Below, piece after piece: positions 29,771 through 39,079 of a stretch of DNA of 64,000 nt. The notes beneath the pieces are model-generated. The model did no database searches, was not told where the DNA came from, and saw only the letters and a program-made list of their open reading frames with translations. The translations under genes and the position numbers were made by a program. The stretch lies in the NCBI GenBank assembly GCA_044225175.1, contig JBGAJA010000004.1:145631-209630 (forward strand). Reading direction: 5' to 3'. This stretch comes from Candidatus Omnitrophota bacterium (lineage in GTDB: Bacteria; Omnitrophota; Gorgyraeia; Zapsychrales; Fredricksoniimonadaceae). Every line of letters starts with the position of its first letter. Position 1 is the stretch's first letter.

Positions 29771-30568
29771 CTAGTTGCAGCAGCTTATCCCATAATTGGT
29801 TGGAGCTTGTTTTTGACCTGCCATGATGACGATGGGAAATGAAAAATGGAGTTTATCATCCTTGATATTGGCTTCAATCCCCAATTTGTTGATACCCACA
29901 TCTGCTTGAACGATTTTTTTGAATTCTTGGGCTTCTTTTGGCGGTGTTAATGTAGCCTTCAATAGTTCATCTACCTCTACAGGTAGGCGGTAAAATTGTT
30001 TTTCAATAACAGTTAATTCTGATTTTTCAAACATTTGATCTAGTTCTTCAAGCTCTAAGGCATGGGTATGTGATGGATCGCGCAGTTTTTCCATAGCATC
30101 ATAAAGTTGTGCTTGGGATTGGTTGTTCATAAATACATCAATAACCACCACACGTCCCTCCCATTTGGCAACTCGTGCCATTTCTTCAAGAACAGCTTGA
30201 GGGTCCGTAAAGTGATGAAAGGCAAAACGGCTGACAACAATGGAATAGGAACAATGTTCATACGGCAGCGGTTGAACTGAGCCAATATCCCAGCTCATAT
30301 TATTTAAACCTTGTGTCTTTTGTGCATCTTTAGCTTTTTCAATCATAGCGGGCACAAGATCAATACCTTTGACATGAGCGGCTGTTTTAGCAAACGCACA
30401 AGCCACAATCCCAGGACCACAGGCAACATCTAAGACGGTATCTTTACTTGTAGTTTGACTTAAACGCACAATCAAATCCAAAGCATCATAATGCCCAGCC
30501 ACACTTGAGAAGGTTGCGGATTGTTTTTCAAATTGTTCTTTAATTAAGTCGTTATGATCCATCTTCAA
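29771..30568 (-). CDS. class I SAM-dependent methyltransferase (UbiE/COQ5-like)
   Basis: It has motif I VLDVACGPGIVA and the post-I acidic GIDLVPAMIEKA. Confidence 0.75.
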   Translation of the reverse strand: MKMDHNDLIKEQFEKQSATFSSVAGHYDALDLIVRLSQTTSKDTVLDVACGPGIVACAFAKTAAHVKGIDLVPAMIEKAKDAQKTQGLNNMSWDIGSVQPLPYEHCSYSIVVSRFAFHHFTDPQAVLEEMARVAKWEGRVVVIDVFMNNQSQAQLYDAMEKLRDPSHTHALELEELDQMFEKSELTVIEKQFYRLPVEVDELLKATLTPPKEAQEFKKIVQADVGINKLGIEANIKDDKLHFSFPIVIMAGQKQAPTNYGISCCN

Positions 30569-30586
30569 TTCTATTCTTTCTTAAAA

Positions 30587-31633
30587 CTAATTACCTAAAC
30601 TCGCCATATCAATCACAAACCTATACTTCACATCTGCCTTCAAGACGCGTTCATAGGCTTCGTTGACCTTGGTGATTGGAATTAATTCAATATCTGAGGT
30701 TATATTGTGTTTGCCGCAGAAGTCCAGCATCTCTTGGGTTTCTTTGATACCGCCGATTAAGGAGCCGGCTAAACTTCGTCGTCCCATGATTAATGGAAAA
30801 GCGTGCAGTTGTGGGGCGTCGCTTGGAACACCCAAGAGCACCATGGTGCCATCGCGTTTGACTAAGCCTAAATATGCGCCCCAATCAAGTTTGACAGAGA
30901 CGGTGTTAATGATTAGATCAAAGTAGCGATCAAGTTTCTTGAAGGTTTCAGGATCATTGGTGGCATAGACGTGGGTTGCGCCTAGACGTTTGGCATCATC
31001 TTTTTTATCCAAGGTGCGTGAGAGCACAGTTACCTCTGCCCCCATGGCTTTGGCGATTTTAACTGCCATATGCCCCAGACCTCCCAAACCAATGATAGCC
31101 ACCTTCTTGCCAGGACCCACCTTCCAATGACGCAGTGGTGAATAGGTTGTGATGCCAGCGCACAACAAAGGTGCTGTTTTATCTAAGGGCAGATTGGCGG
31201 GGATTTTAAGCACGTAATTCTCATCCACAACAATAGCTGATGAATACCCCCCTTGTGCAGGCGCCTTGTTGTCCTTCTCCATGCAGTTATAGGTGAAGAT
31301 GGGGCGCACGCAAAATTGCTCCAAGCCTTCCTTGCAATCCGCACATTCACGGCAAGAATCAACCATACACCCAACCCCAACCTTGTCCCCCACCTTGAAT
31401 TTTTTAACATGAGGACCAACAGCTGTGACGGTACCAACTATTTCATGACCAGGCACCATGGGATAAATCGAATTGCCCCATTCATTGCGTGCTTGATGAA
31501 TATCCGAGTGACATATCCCGCAATGAGAAATTTTAATTGCCACATCACAAGGCCCAGCCTCACGACGGGTGATTTGCATAGGACTCAAAGGAGTAGTTGC
31601 GCTTGTAACACCATACGCTTTGACGTTAGACAT
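30587..31633 (-). CDS. Zn-dependent NAD(P)-dependent alcohol dehydrogenase (cinnamyl-ADH/YahK-like)
   Basis: It has catalytic Zn ligands (CGICHSD, GHEIVG), structural Zn Cys ([15 protein letters not shown]) and a Rossmann [15 protein letters not shown]. Confidence 0.85.
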   Translation of the reverse strand: MSNVKAYGVTSATTPLSPMQITRREAGPCDVAIKISHCGICHSDIHQARNEWGNSIYPMVPGHEIVGTVTAVGPHVKKFKVGDKVGVGCMVDSCRECADCKEGLEQFCVRPIFTYNCMEKDNKAPAQGGYSSAIVVDENYVLKIPANLPLDKTAPLLCAGITTYSPLRHWKVGPGKKVAIIGLGGLGHMAVKIAKAMGAEVTVLSRTLDKKDDAKRLGATHVYATNDPETFKKLDRYFDLIINTVSVKLDWGAYLGLVKRDGTMVLLGVPSDAPQLHAFPLIMGRRSLAGSLIGGIKETQEMLDFCGKHNITSDIELIPITKVNEAYERVLKADVKYRFVIDMASLGN

Positions 31634-31849
31634 AGATTGATCCTTTCTTGAAACGCTAAATTAAATATAAAGGGATGTTAAAACAAAAACACCAATAAGC
31701 AAAATGATTCCGGAGACAGTTTTCTTAAACGGCTAAAATACTTACTAGAATTAACAAGAAGTTATAAATAATCATTAGCCCTTATATTTTGGCTGTGAAC
31801 TACTTCGTTTGATGTCCATATTTTATTCTCCACTTGTGTTACTGGAACT

Positions 31850-33106
31850 CTATATTTTAATCTCCAGAAGCTCATCCCACCTGCTTGTAAATCGTTTGGA
31901 TTTATATGCTTCATTGTACCAATCTTGCCTGACTCCTTCGGCTGCCATAAAAACCTTAGACGTATTTTGTCTATTATTCCATTCATCCATCACATCCATT
32001 AATCGTTGCTTACGGCTGTGATGATACGAGTCATCGAAAAGAAATTCTTGAGTTTTAGATTGGGCTTGAAGATTAGAAAAAATTACTCCCGCTTTCTTAT
32101 AACTATATCCGGGTTTATACAAAGATTTCAAAAGCTTATGAGCGGATGATATCAAATCAGGAGTATACGCTGTTGGTGGTGTCAAAACGGTTCCTGCGCA
32201 ATTGGCATAATATCGGTCTTTGAAGCGATTCGTCATCACGTAAACTTGAAGATAGCCGCATACAGATTGCTGAGAACGTAGCTTCTCACTAGCATTCGCT
32301 ATATAAGAGGCAATAGGCTCGTTTAATTCTTCTAGGCTTGTTACTTCTTTGGCAAAAGTCCGTGAGGTTGTGATGGTTTTTTTCTCATCGCGATTGTCTT
32401 GAGAATCAAAACAAGGAATACCTCTTAACTCCCAAACGGTTTTTAAAGAGATAACCGTCAAATTTTTCGTAATCCAGCTATCTGGCATTCCCTTGAGCTC
32501 TAAGGCGGTGTGAATGCCATGTTTTTTAAGAAAATCAGCTTTGTTGCGTCCTATGCCCCAGAGATCTTCCACGGGCGTTTTCTCTAACCAATGATCAATG
32601 TCTTTCACCTCCGATAGACAAAAAACACCTTCGATCGTTTTCTTTTTGGCCACATGATTAGCGACTTTGGCCAAGGTTTTTGTGGGAGCAACACCGACTG
32701 ATACAGGCATGCCTACTTCCTTTTTAAGCTTCCCTTTTAATTCTTTGGCATGCTCATAAGGATTGGTTATTCCCTCTAAGTGCAGAAAGGCTTCATCGAT
32801 GGAATAGATTTCTAATTCGGGCGTAAATTCTGCAGCAGTTTGCATGACTCTTGAGGAAAGATCGCCATATAAAGCAAAGTTGGCTGAATAAACAGCCACC
32901 TTTTCTTTTTTAAAAAGTTCACTGCATTTAAAGTAAGGCGCTCCCATAGGAACGCCCAGAGCTTTGGCTTCATTGGAACGAGAAACCACACAACCATCAT
33001 TATTAGACAGCACCACAACAGGTCTGTTACGCAAGGAAGGATTAAACACCCGCTCGCAAGAAACAAAGAAATTATTGCAATCAATCAGACAAAATAGTTT
33101 ATTCAT
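31850..33106 (-). CDS. umuC: Y-family translesion DNA polymerase, UmuC subunit (Pol V)
   Basis: The start is [44 protein letters not shown], with canonical UmuC/DinB N-terminal motifs. The ATG is at 33104-33106. The track's 13-aa extension is unlikely. Confidence 0.85.
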   Translation of the reverse strand: MNKLFCLIDCNNFFVSCERVFNPSLRNRPVVVLSNNDGCVVSRSNEAKALGVPMGAPYFKCSELFKKEKVAVYSANFALYGDLSSRVMQTAAEFTPELEIYSIDEAFLHLEGITNPYEHAKELKGKLKKEVGMPVSVGVAPTKTLAKVANHVAKKKTIEGVFCLSEVKDIDHWLEKTPVEDLWGIGRNKADFLKKHGIHTALELKGMPDSWITKNLTVISLKTVWELRGIPCFDSQDNRDEKKTITTSRTFAKEVTSLEELNEPIASYIANASEKLRSQQSVCGYLQVYVMTNRFKDRYYANCAGTVLTPPTAYTPDLISSAHKLLKSLYKPGYSYKKAGVIFSNLQAQSKTQEFLFDDSYHHSRKQRLMDVMDEWNNRQNTSKVFMAAEGVRQDWYNEAYKSKRFTSRWDELLEIKI

Positions 33107-33108
33107 AA

Positions 33109-33537
33109 TCAAACCGAATGGATGACATGCAAAACCACACCCCAAATTTCAAAATCCATCCCTTTGACTACTTCGATGGGTTTATAATTTGGGTTTTCAG
33201 GCAGCAGATACACGGTCTCTTTTTTCTTTTGAAGGCGTTTAACGGTAAATTCACCGTTGATGATAGCAACCACAATCTTACCGTGTTTGGCCTCTTGTGA
33301 GCGATCAACAATAAGCATATCCCCTGAATGGATGCCTGCCCCAATCATTGAATCTCCTTTAACCTTAACAAAAAAGGTTGAGGCGGGATGCTTGATCAGA
33401 TGTTCATTCAAGTCCAAATTCTTATCTAGATAATCATCCGCAGCCGAGGGAAAACCAGCCTTGATCTGAGAAAGATAAAGTGGCAGTTCTTGGTGATGGG
33501 TGATGTCAGCTTGAAAAATTTCAATGACCTTTGTCAT
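33109..33537 (-). CDS. umuD: UmuD/LexA-like S24 peptidase (Pol V accessory subunit)
   Basis: It has the Ser-Lys dyad context (…[18 protein letters not shown]…KHGKIVVA…FTVKRL). It lies 2 nt upstream of umuC. Confidence 0.8.
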   Translation of the reverse strand: MTKVIEIFQADITHHQELPLYLSQIKAGFPSAADDYLDKNLDLNEHLIKHPASTFFVKVKGDSMIGAGIHSGDMLIVDRSQEAKHGKIVVAIINGEFTVKRLQKKKETVYLLPENPNYKPIEVVKGMDFEIWGVVLHVIHSV

Positions 33538-33545
33538 GGGTAATT

Positions 33546-33920
33546 CTACTCCTCAACAGCCTCTACCACAGGCAACTCTTCCAATGGAACACGTTTAAGC
33601 TTCATATGACGCGTCTTTTGCTTATGCGCTAAATCCAAACCCACTTTAAAAACTTTCGAAATCGCCCTTCTAAGCGACGTAGGATCTTCTAAGCAATTTT
33701 CTTTCACCACAATATCGTCAAAATGGGAAATTTTTAAATCTAGACGGACACAGACCATATTTGATTTTTGATGATGCTTGCTTTGTTTTTCGATCACAAC
33801 ATGACATTTAGTTACATCAATGTCTTCAGCCTTAATTTTTTCATACTTTTCAACAATTACTGCATCAAGACCTGGATTATGTGGCATATCGTGAAAAGTA
33901 ATTTGGAGTGGATTTTGCAT
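33546..33920 (-). CDS. hpf: ribosome hibernation-promoting factor / RaiA-family (sigma54-modulation protein S30EA)
   Basis: The 124-aa product has the HPF-like pattern MQ.NI.GHH…, here MQNPLQITFHDMPHNPGLDAVIVEKYEKI. It has short-form length and a charged C-terminus. Confidence 0.65.
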   Translation of the reverse strand: MQNPLQITFHDMPHNPGLDAVIVEKYEKIKAEDIDVTKCHVVIEKQSKHHQKSNMVCVRLDLKISHFDDIVVKENCLEDPTSLRRAISKVFKVGLDLAHKQKTRHMKLKRVPLEELPVVEAVEE

Positions 33921-33938
33921 AAGACCTCTTTCGTTAGA

Positions 33939-34289
33939 TTACATCGCTCTGACTGCCATGACCTCAATATAAGATTGTGGAATTTGTAAGTGAGGATGTT
34001 TTTCAAAAGCTTTAGCTGCAGCCTCATGAGATTCAGCTTCGATAAAAGAATACAAACAAATATCGTTTTTAGTGTCTGATACACCTTGCGCCGTAACCTT
34101 CTTAGTCTTCCCACACGCTTCAGTCACTTTAATCATACTAGCATGCTCACTCATCCACTTCCCCCACTCCGCCTTCATCTTATCCTCAGCCTCTTTACGA
34201 ACATCCGGATCAGTCTTAGCCCAATCAGCGATCACTGCAACGGGTATGCTGTAAAAAACAATGAACTTAGTTAATTTGGAATCACTCAT
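33939..34289 (-). CDS. hypothetical protein (possible dimeric alpha/beta-barrel)
   Basis: The 116-aa product has no diagnostic motif. It lies 18 nt upstream of hpf. Confidence 0.35.
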   Translation of the reverse strand: MSDSKLTKFIVFYSIPVAVIADWAKTDPDVRKEAEDKMKAEWGKWMSEHASMIKVTEACGKTKKVTAQGVSDTKNDICLYSFIEAESHEAAAKAFEKHPHLQIPQSYIEVMAVRAM

Positions 34290-34349
34290 AAAATTTCCTT
34301 TCGTTATTATTAAAAACCTTATGTAAAATTAAGTATTGTGTCCCCAGAA

Positions 34350-34919
34350 CTAATTATGTGCGGACTGAATTAAGGATGGTGTCCCTTGAACTTTCTGAAT
34401 TTGAACATCTTTAGGCAAAGACAAAAGAATTCCAACTCCTAAAAGAAGCAAGAATGTCATCGCAGTTTCTAAAATTATCCAGTGCCAACCCGTAAGATTA
34501 AATTTCTTTAATTGCCCTATTATAAATTTAAAACTTTCTCTTGGCTGAGGTTCGTTAACTGAAATTCCAGTCAATTCATCAATTATTCTTCTGTATTCAT
34601 TCATATAATCATGATCTAAACTCTGAGAATTTTGAATTAAAATCATCCAAACCACATGGAAAATAAAAATTATGAAAATAATAAAGGCAACTATAATGTA
34701 ACCAACTATATTTGATATATAAATCTTTTCATAAAGGTAAGAACCTCCCACAACAATCAACGTCCAAATGGCTATGTTTACCTGAAACTCAATAGCGCGT
34801 GTTTGCATAAAATGATCTAATTTTGCCTTATTGAGTCCTAACAAACAATCCACTTTTTCTTTATCATTCATTGCATCCTTCTCCTCATTTGTACACCTAA
34901 AGATATAATTGGATGCCAT
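34350..34919 (-). CDS. hypothetical membrane protein (2-3 TM) in the AT-rich islet
   Basis: The 189-aa product is very Ile/Asn/Lys-rich, and local GC is well below the flanks. Confidence 0.35.
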   Translation of the reverse strand: MASNYIFRCTNEEKDAMNDKEKVDCLLGLNKAKLDHFMQTRAIEFQVNIAIWTLIVVGGSYLYEKIYISNIVGYIIVAFIIFIIFIFHVVWMILIQNSQSLDHDYMNEYRRIIDELTGISVNEPQPRESFKFIIGQLKKFNLTGWHWIILETAMTFLLLLGVGILLSLPKDVQIQKVQGTPSLIQSAHN

Positions 34920-34940
34920 ACGACTGAACTTAATCCTTTA

Positions 34941-35204
34941 TTACCTATTGGTGAATTGATATAAATTACTAAAAAATTGATTATTCTCCTGCTGCAATTT
35001 TATTCTTAAATCCAAGTATTCATATTTACTAATTTCTTTTTTATTATAAGCATCTTCTATTTCATTTAATGTCTTTGAATACCAATCGTTATTATTCTTT
35101 TGCTGTGCGTAAACTAGCTTTGAAGCATCTGGCATAGTCTGTGCTAACAAAATTGTTGGTATACATAAAATTATCAATGACAAAATTAATTGTGCCATCT
35201 TCAT
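34941..35204 (-). CDS. small secreted hypothetical protein
   Basis: It has a signal peptide (ILLAQT) and a coiled-coil-like tail. It lies in the AT-rich islet. Confidence 0.3.
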   Translation of the reverse strand: MKMAQLILSLIILCIPTILLAQTMPDASKLVYAQQKNNNDWYSKTLNEIEDAYNKKEISKYEYLDLRIKLQQENNQFFSNLYQFTNR

Positions 35205-35256
35205 CTCCTTATTTTTATTCTTGTTTTAATTTATTTAGAATAGAAACTACACCTAA

Positions 35257-35625
35257 TCACTTAGTTTTTTTATCCAATGAGGTTCCTTTTTCTTCGAACC
35301 CCAACATTAACAATGTCTCATATAAATCATAAACCTGTCGGGCAATTTTTGTTCCCGTCTTATTATAAATATGATCCATAGTATTTTCTACCGACCCAAT
35401 CCACAATTCTCCATTCCATTCTTTACATACTGGACCAGATTTAGTTAAATTCTTTTCAATAAATCTCCATTTTTTCTTTAATTTGCTGGGGAAGTGACTT
35501 TCATCCAGAGTATGACATTGTAAATATGCTTTTATTAATCTATTTCTCACATCACCTGGAGCAACAGCTAAGGTTCTAACTGCGTTTCTTAGTTTTTCTA
35601 AAGCATAATGATAACTTTTAGCCAT
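35257..35625 (-). CDS. hypothetical cytoplasmic protein
   Basis: The 122-aa product has no recognised motif. It lies in the AT-rich islet. Confidence 0.3.
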   Translation of the reverse strand: MAKSYHYALEKLRNAVRTLAVAPGDVRNRLIKAYLQCHTLDESHFPSKLKKKWRFIEKNLTKSGPVCKEWNGELWIGSVENTMDHIYNKTGTKIARQVYDLYETLLMLGFEEKGTSLDKKTK

Positions 35626-35749
35626 ACAACCTCCATTTTCTAACGCCGAGTAATTCTACCCCCATCCCCTACGAGATCAAGAATTTAATTTCCCCACAAA
35701 CAAAAAACCCTGCACCATATGGTACAGGGTTTTGGTTAAAATGTCTTCT

Positions 35750-36217
35750 TTATGCCTTCGCTTGATCACAAGGCGCTTTCCAGGCCCAGAGGTTGAAGGT
35801 TTTGTTGGTTTCGAGGTAGGTTTTCATGTTGGAAAGGACTAGTGGCCAGCCTACTGAGATTTTGGAGGCCATATCTGAGCCTTCAACTAGCTTATCGTGA
35901 GTGACGACTAGGCGGACCATGTCTTCTAGGCTGTCGATTTCAAATGTGACGCGGGATTGATCAGATTTGTTGGAAGGTTCGACCCAGGTTATGACTAAGC
36001 GTTTTGGAGGGTTTACTTCAATGACTTCCCCGCATACTCTGGCTTCATTGTTGCTCTTGCCCTTTTCTACGTGATACCAGGGAGAGCCTTTCTTCCAATC
36101 GGAAACATTGCCATGTCCCCAATATTGACGTGCGAATTCTGGATTGGTGATGGCTTGCCAGACTTTCTCTGGGGTAGTTTTCATGTAGGTGGTGTAGACA
36201 AATTGGGTACTTTTCAT
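35750..36217 (-). CDS. SRPBCC-superfamily protein (AHSA1 / activator-of-Hsp90-ATPase-like)
   Basis: The 155-aa product has W/Y-rich motifs (TPEKVWQAITNPEFARQYWG) typical of AHSA1-like SRPBCC proteins. It is paired with ArsR, a common arrangement. Confidence 0.65.
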   Translation of the reverse strand: MKSTQFVYTTYMKTTPEKVWQAITNPEFARQYWGHGNVSDWKKGSPWYHVEKGKSNNEARVCGEVIEVNPPKRLVITWVEPSNKSDQSRVTFEIDSLEDMVRLVVTHDKLVEGSDMASKISVGWPLVLSNMKTYLETNKTFNLWAWKAPCDQAKA

Positions 36218-36546
36218 TTCTTTTCTCCTTGTGTTAGTGCTGCTTTTAAATTATGTAAAGCCTTAAGATGGCCTCGTTCAAATTTTCCAATCCATCGCAT
36301 GTAGATTTCCTGAACAGGAACTGGATTAAGATAATGTTTCTTATGGCGCCCTTCCTTCCTTGTAGTGACCAAATTAGCTTTCTCCAAAATAAGAAGATGC
36401 TTGCTGACCGCCTGACGGCTCATATCATGATATTCGCAAAGCTCATTTAAAGTCTGACCATTCTTGGCGTGAAGATGATCTAAGATCTTTCTTCTACTGC
36501 TATCGGCTAAGGCTTTGAAGACTTTATCCATGCGCCAATTATGCAA
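36214..36546 (-). CDS. ArsR/SmtB-family transcriptional regulator
   Basis: It has a winged HTH with LNELCEYHDMSRQAVSKHLLILEKANLV. It overlaps the SRPBCC gene by 4 nt. Confidence 0.75.
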   Translation of the reverse strand: MHNWRMDKVFKALADSSRRKILDHLHAKNGQTLNELCEYHDMSRQAVSKHLLILEKANLVTTRKEGRHKKHYLNPVPVQEIYMRWIGKFERGHLKALHNLKAALTQGEKK

Positions 36547-36601
36547 CTATTTGGTTGCATGTCAAGGAAAATTATATCCTCTCTTTGGCATCTAAAATAA
36601 T

Positions 36602-36629
36602 TTGACAGCGCCTAGGACAATTGTATACT
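36602..36629 (+). promoter_or_regulatory. sigma70-type promoter TTGACA-N16-TATACT
   Basis: TTGACA is at 36602-36607 and TATACT at 36624-36629. The predicted transcription start near 36637 is just upstream of the riboswitch aptamer. Confidence 0.5.
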
Positions 36630-36659
36630 TTTTGGATAACTTAATTTCCTGTTTCAATA

Positions 36660-36800
36660 AGCTGTTTAATCAGCTTACAGGAAAGCGGGGGACCCAAAAG
36701 GCCAATTGTGGCCTGGGGGCTAATGCTCAATACCTCACAAGGTAGGAGCAAGGACCACTCAATCCTAGCCCGACAGCTAACCTCGTCTGCTAATCAAATG
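36660..36800 (+). promoter_or_regulatory. c-di-AMP riboswitch (ydaO/kimA class) in the 5' leader of the KimA-like transporter
   Basis: The leader carries blocks that match my recollection of the B. subtilis ydaO leader: AAGCGGGGGACCCAA (cf. CACGGGGAGCCA); GGGGGCUAAUGC (cf. GGGGUGAAUC); AGGUAGGAGCAAGG (cf. AGGUAGGCGAAC); AGCCCGACAGCUAACCUCGUCUGC (cf. AGCCCGAAUCCGUCAGCUAACCUCGUAAGC). The downstream gene is the same family (KimA) that this riboswitch controls in Bacillus. Confidence 0.65.
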
Positions 36801-36811
36801 AGGGAAACTAT

Positions 36812-36841
36812 CCAGAGAGAGTCTCCTCTGGATTTTCGTTT
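36812..36841 (+). terminator. candidate attenuator/terminator of the riboswitch expression platform
   Basis: CCAGAG(agagtctc)CTCTGG is followed by ATTTTCGTTT. The short 6-bp stem gives only weak to moderate support. Confidence 0.35.
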
Positions 36842-36862
36842 GCCTCAGGGAGGTAGTTGCGT

Positions 36863-38821
36863 ATGTTTGCACGTTTAAAGCAGTTGTTTATTGGTAAACC
36901 GAAGAATCCCCATGACCTAAACATCTTTCATCGGATGTCATTGATCGCCGTTCTAGCCTGGGTCGGTTTAGGCGCAGATGGTCTGTCCTCTTCCTGTTAT
37001 GGGCCCGAGGCAGCTTATCTAGCTCTTGGTGAACACAAGTATTTGGCTATTTTTGTGGCCATTCTATCTGCAGTCACCATCTTTCTCATTAGCGCCAGCT
37101 ATTCACAAATCATTGAATTATTCCCAAGCGGTGGTGGTGGCTATCTGGTTGCAAGTCGTTTGATTAATCCAACGGTTGGCATGATCTCCGGCTGTGCCTT
37201 GCTAATCGATTATGTTTTAACGATTGCCATCTCAATTGCAAGCGGTGCCGATGCTTTATTTAGCTTTCTCCCCGTCGGTATATTGCCTTATAAATTGCCA
37301 TTTGAAATAGCAGGCGTGTTTCTCTTGATGGTCATGAATATGCGTGGGGTTAAAGAATCTGTTGTCCCTTTAACTCCCATTTTTATGACCTTCATCGTCA
37401 CCCATGCCTTTGCCATTGGCTATGCCATCTATCTTCATTCCTCTCAATTACCCAATATCGTGAGCGCCACAAGCCAGGAAGTCTCCTCCCTTCATGCATC
37501 TATCGGCGCATTTGGGATTTTGTTTATTATTCTTAAAGCGTTCAGTTTAGGTGCTGGAACCTTTACAGGAATTGAAGCCGTCAGTAATGGTTTGCCTGCA
37601 TTAAGAGAGCCCAAGGTTCAAACGGGTAAGAAAACCATGATGTATATGGCCCTCTCCTTGGCCATCACCGTCGTAGGGTTAATCATTGGGTATTTACTCT
37701 TTGATGTGCAAAAGATGGGCGATAAAACCCTGAATGCCTCTTTGTTTGAGCAATTAACTCGTACCTGGACATCTCCCTGGGGGTATACCTTTGTGATGGT
37801 CGCTTTGATTTCTGAAACCATGCTGTTATTTGTAGCGGCCCAAGCAGGTTACTTGGATGGCCCTCGTGTTCTAGCTAGCATGGCTGTTGATCGCTGGGCA
37901 CCTTCCAGATTTTCAAGCTTCAGTGATCGCTTGGTCACTCAAAACGGTATTATCCTCATGGGGATATCCTCTTTGATTATTCTAGTTGTGACGCAGGGCT
38001 CTGTGGCTGCGCTCGTGATTCTTTACAGTATCAATGTATTTATCACCTTCTGCCTCTCCCAATGGGGCATGGTTGTGCATTGGTGGCAAGTGCGCAACGA
38101 AGAACGCGCTTGGATTAAAAAAATCATCGTCAACGGCAGCGGCTTATTGTTGACGGGATTTATTCTGGTTTCCATGGTCATTCTCAAATTCCATGAAGGC
38201 GGCTGGGTAACGCTCGCCATGACAGCAGCCTTGGCTTGTGGCGCGTGGGGCATTCGCAAGCATTATCGAAACACCTTAAACAAACTGCGCAGCTTATCTC
38301 CTTTAACTGAGGCTGTTGAAAAGGATATTCCTCAAGGCGCTGGGCCCATTGATAAGCCTTCCATCGAAGGTAAAACGGTGATTATCCTAGTCAATGGCTA
38401 TAACGCTTTAGGACTGCATACCCTTTTTAATGCCGTACGCATCTTTAAAAGCGATGTAAAAAACTTTGTCTTTATCCAAATCGGCGTCATTGATGCTGAG
38501 ACGTTTAAAGGCAAGGAAGAAATGAGCAAGCTAAAAGTCAGTGTGGAAGCTGACTTAAAAAAGTACGAACAGTTAATGCAGTCCCACGGCTACTTCGCCA
38601 AAGGCCATTATGCCTTAGGCACAGACATCACTCTTGAAATCGAAGAACTCGTGGTCCGCTTGCGTCGGGTCTATGACAATTGCATTGTCTTTGGCGGGCA
38701 GGTGGTCTTTGAGAAGGAGTCCCTCCTTACCAGGTTCCTGCATAACCATACGGTTTTTGCCGTACACAAACGTCTGTACTATCAAGGCATTCCTATGATG
38801 ATCTTGCCTGTGAGGTTGTAA
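36863..38821 (+). CDS. APC-superfamily K+ transporter, KimA-like (membrane domain plus ~200-aa cytoplasmic C-terminal domain)
   Basis: The 652-aa product has an ~12-TM APC fold (…LIAVLAWVGLGADGLSSSCYGPEAAY…) and a soluble C-terminal domain. It sits behind a c-di-AMP riboswitch. The ATG at 36863 follows an SD GGGAGG at 36848-36853; the track start at 36857 is TTG. Confidence 0.65.
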   Translation: MFARLKQLFIGKPKNPHDLNIFHRMSLIAVLAWVGLGADGLSSSCYGPEAAYLALGEHKYLAIFVAILSAVTIFLISASYSQIIELFPSGGGGYLVASRLINPTVGMISGCALLIDYVLTIAISIASGADALFSFLPVGILPYKLPFEIAGVFLLMVMNMRGVKESVVPLTPIFMTFIVTHAFAIGYAIYLHSSQLPNIVSATSQEVSSLHASIGAFGILFIILKAFSLGAGTFTGIEAVSNGLPALREPKVQTGKKTMMYMALSLAITVVGLIIGYLLFDVQKMGDKTLNASLFEQLTRTWTSPWGYTFVMVALISETMLLFVAAQAGYLDGPRVLASMAVDRWAPSRFSSFSDRLVTQNGIILMGISSLIILVVTQGSVAALVILYSINVFITFCLSQWGMVVHWWQVRNEERAWIKKIIVNGSGLLLTGFILVSMVILKFHEGGWVTLAMTAALACGAWGIRKHYRNTLNKLRSLSPLTEAVEKDIPQGAGPIDKPSIEGKTVIILVNGYNALGLHTLFNAVRIFKSDVKNFVFIQIGVIDAETFKGKEEMSKLKVSVEADLKKYEQLMQSHGYFAKGHYALGTDITLEIEELVVRLRRVYDNCIVFGGQVVFEKESLLTRFLHNHTVFAVHKRLYYQGIPMMILPVRL

Positions 38822-38825
38822 AAAT

Positions 38826-38860
38826 AAGACAGCCCCGATGGATACCCTCGGGGCTGTCTT
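38826..38860. terminator. bidirectional intrinsic terminator (13-bp perfect stem)
   Basis: AAGACAGCCCCGA-tggataccc-TCGGGGCTGTCTT lies 5 nt after the transporter stop. On the minus strand it is followed by ATTTTTA, so it also terminates the small minus-strand genes. Confidence 0.6.
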
Positions 38861-38876
38861 ATAAAGAAACGATCTT

Positions 38877-39047
38877 CTAACTCTTTTGACCAATTAAGAA
38901 ATAAAGAATCATCCCAAGGACCGGTAAAATCAATATTAAAATGACCCATAGGGCTTTTTTACCTGAATCCATGGAACTTTGTACTACATGAGCAATAGCA
39001 ACAATATCTAAAACAAAGATAAGAAATCCAACAAGACTTAAACTCAT
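38877..39047 (-). CDS. small membrane protein of the PLD-nuclease N-terminal domain (PLDc_N) family; not in the ORF track
   Basis: I translated MSLSLVGFLIFVLDIVAIAHVVQSSMDSGKKALWVILILILPVLGMILYFLIGQKS (56 aa). Its two TM helices and the AIxHV…GKKALW core are typical of this family. Confidence 0.55.
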   Translation of the reverse strand: MSLSLVGFLIFVLDIVAIAHVVQSSMDSGKKALWVILILILPVLGMILYFLIGQKS

Positions 39048-39079
39048 ACTTATATTCCTTTCCGTGAAAATACTGGAAT

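Noticed and set aside
31762-31986. ORF 31762..31986 (-) and the short antisense ORFs inside ADH and umuC (30663..30926 +, 30687..30884 -, 31183..31437 -, 31253..31651 +, 32812..33084 -)
   Set aside because: They overlap well-supported genes with clear enzyme motifs. They have no SD and odd composition, so they are likely spurious.
33538-34349. A LexA/SOS box upstream of umuD or hpf
   Set aside because: No CTGT-N8-ACAG or CGAACRNRYGTTYC-type palindrome is found. See the hpf-umuD-umuC finding.
36857-36859. TTG start codons reported by the track for the KimA-like gene (36857) and for phoU (1619)
   Set aside because: An in-frame ATG with a proper SD lies 6 nt (36863) and 21 nt (1598) downstream. 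The ATG starts are preferred.
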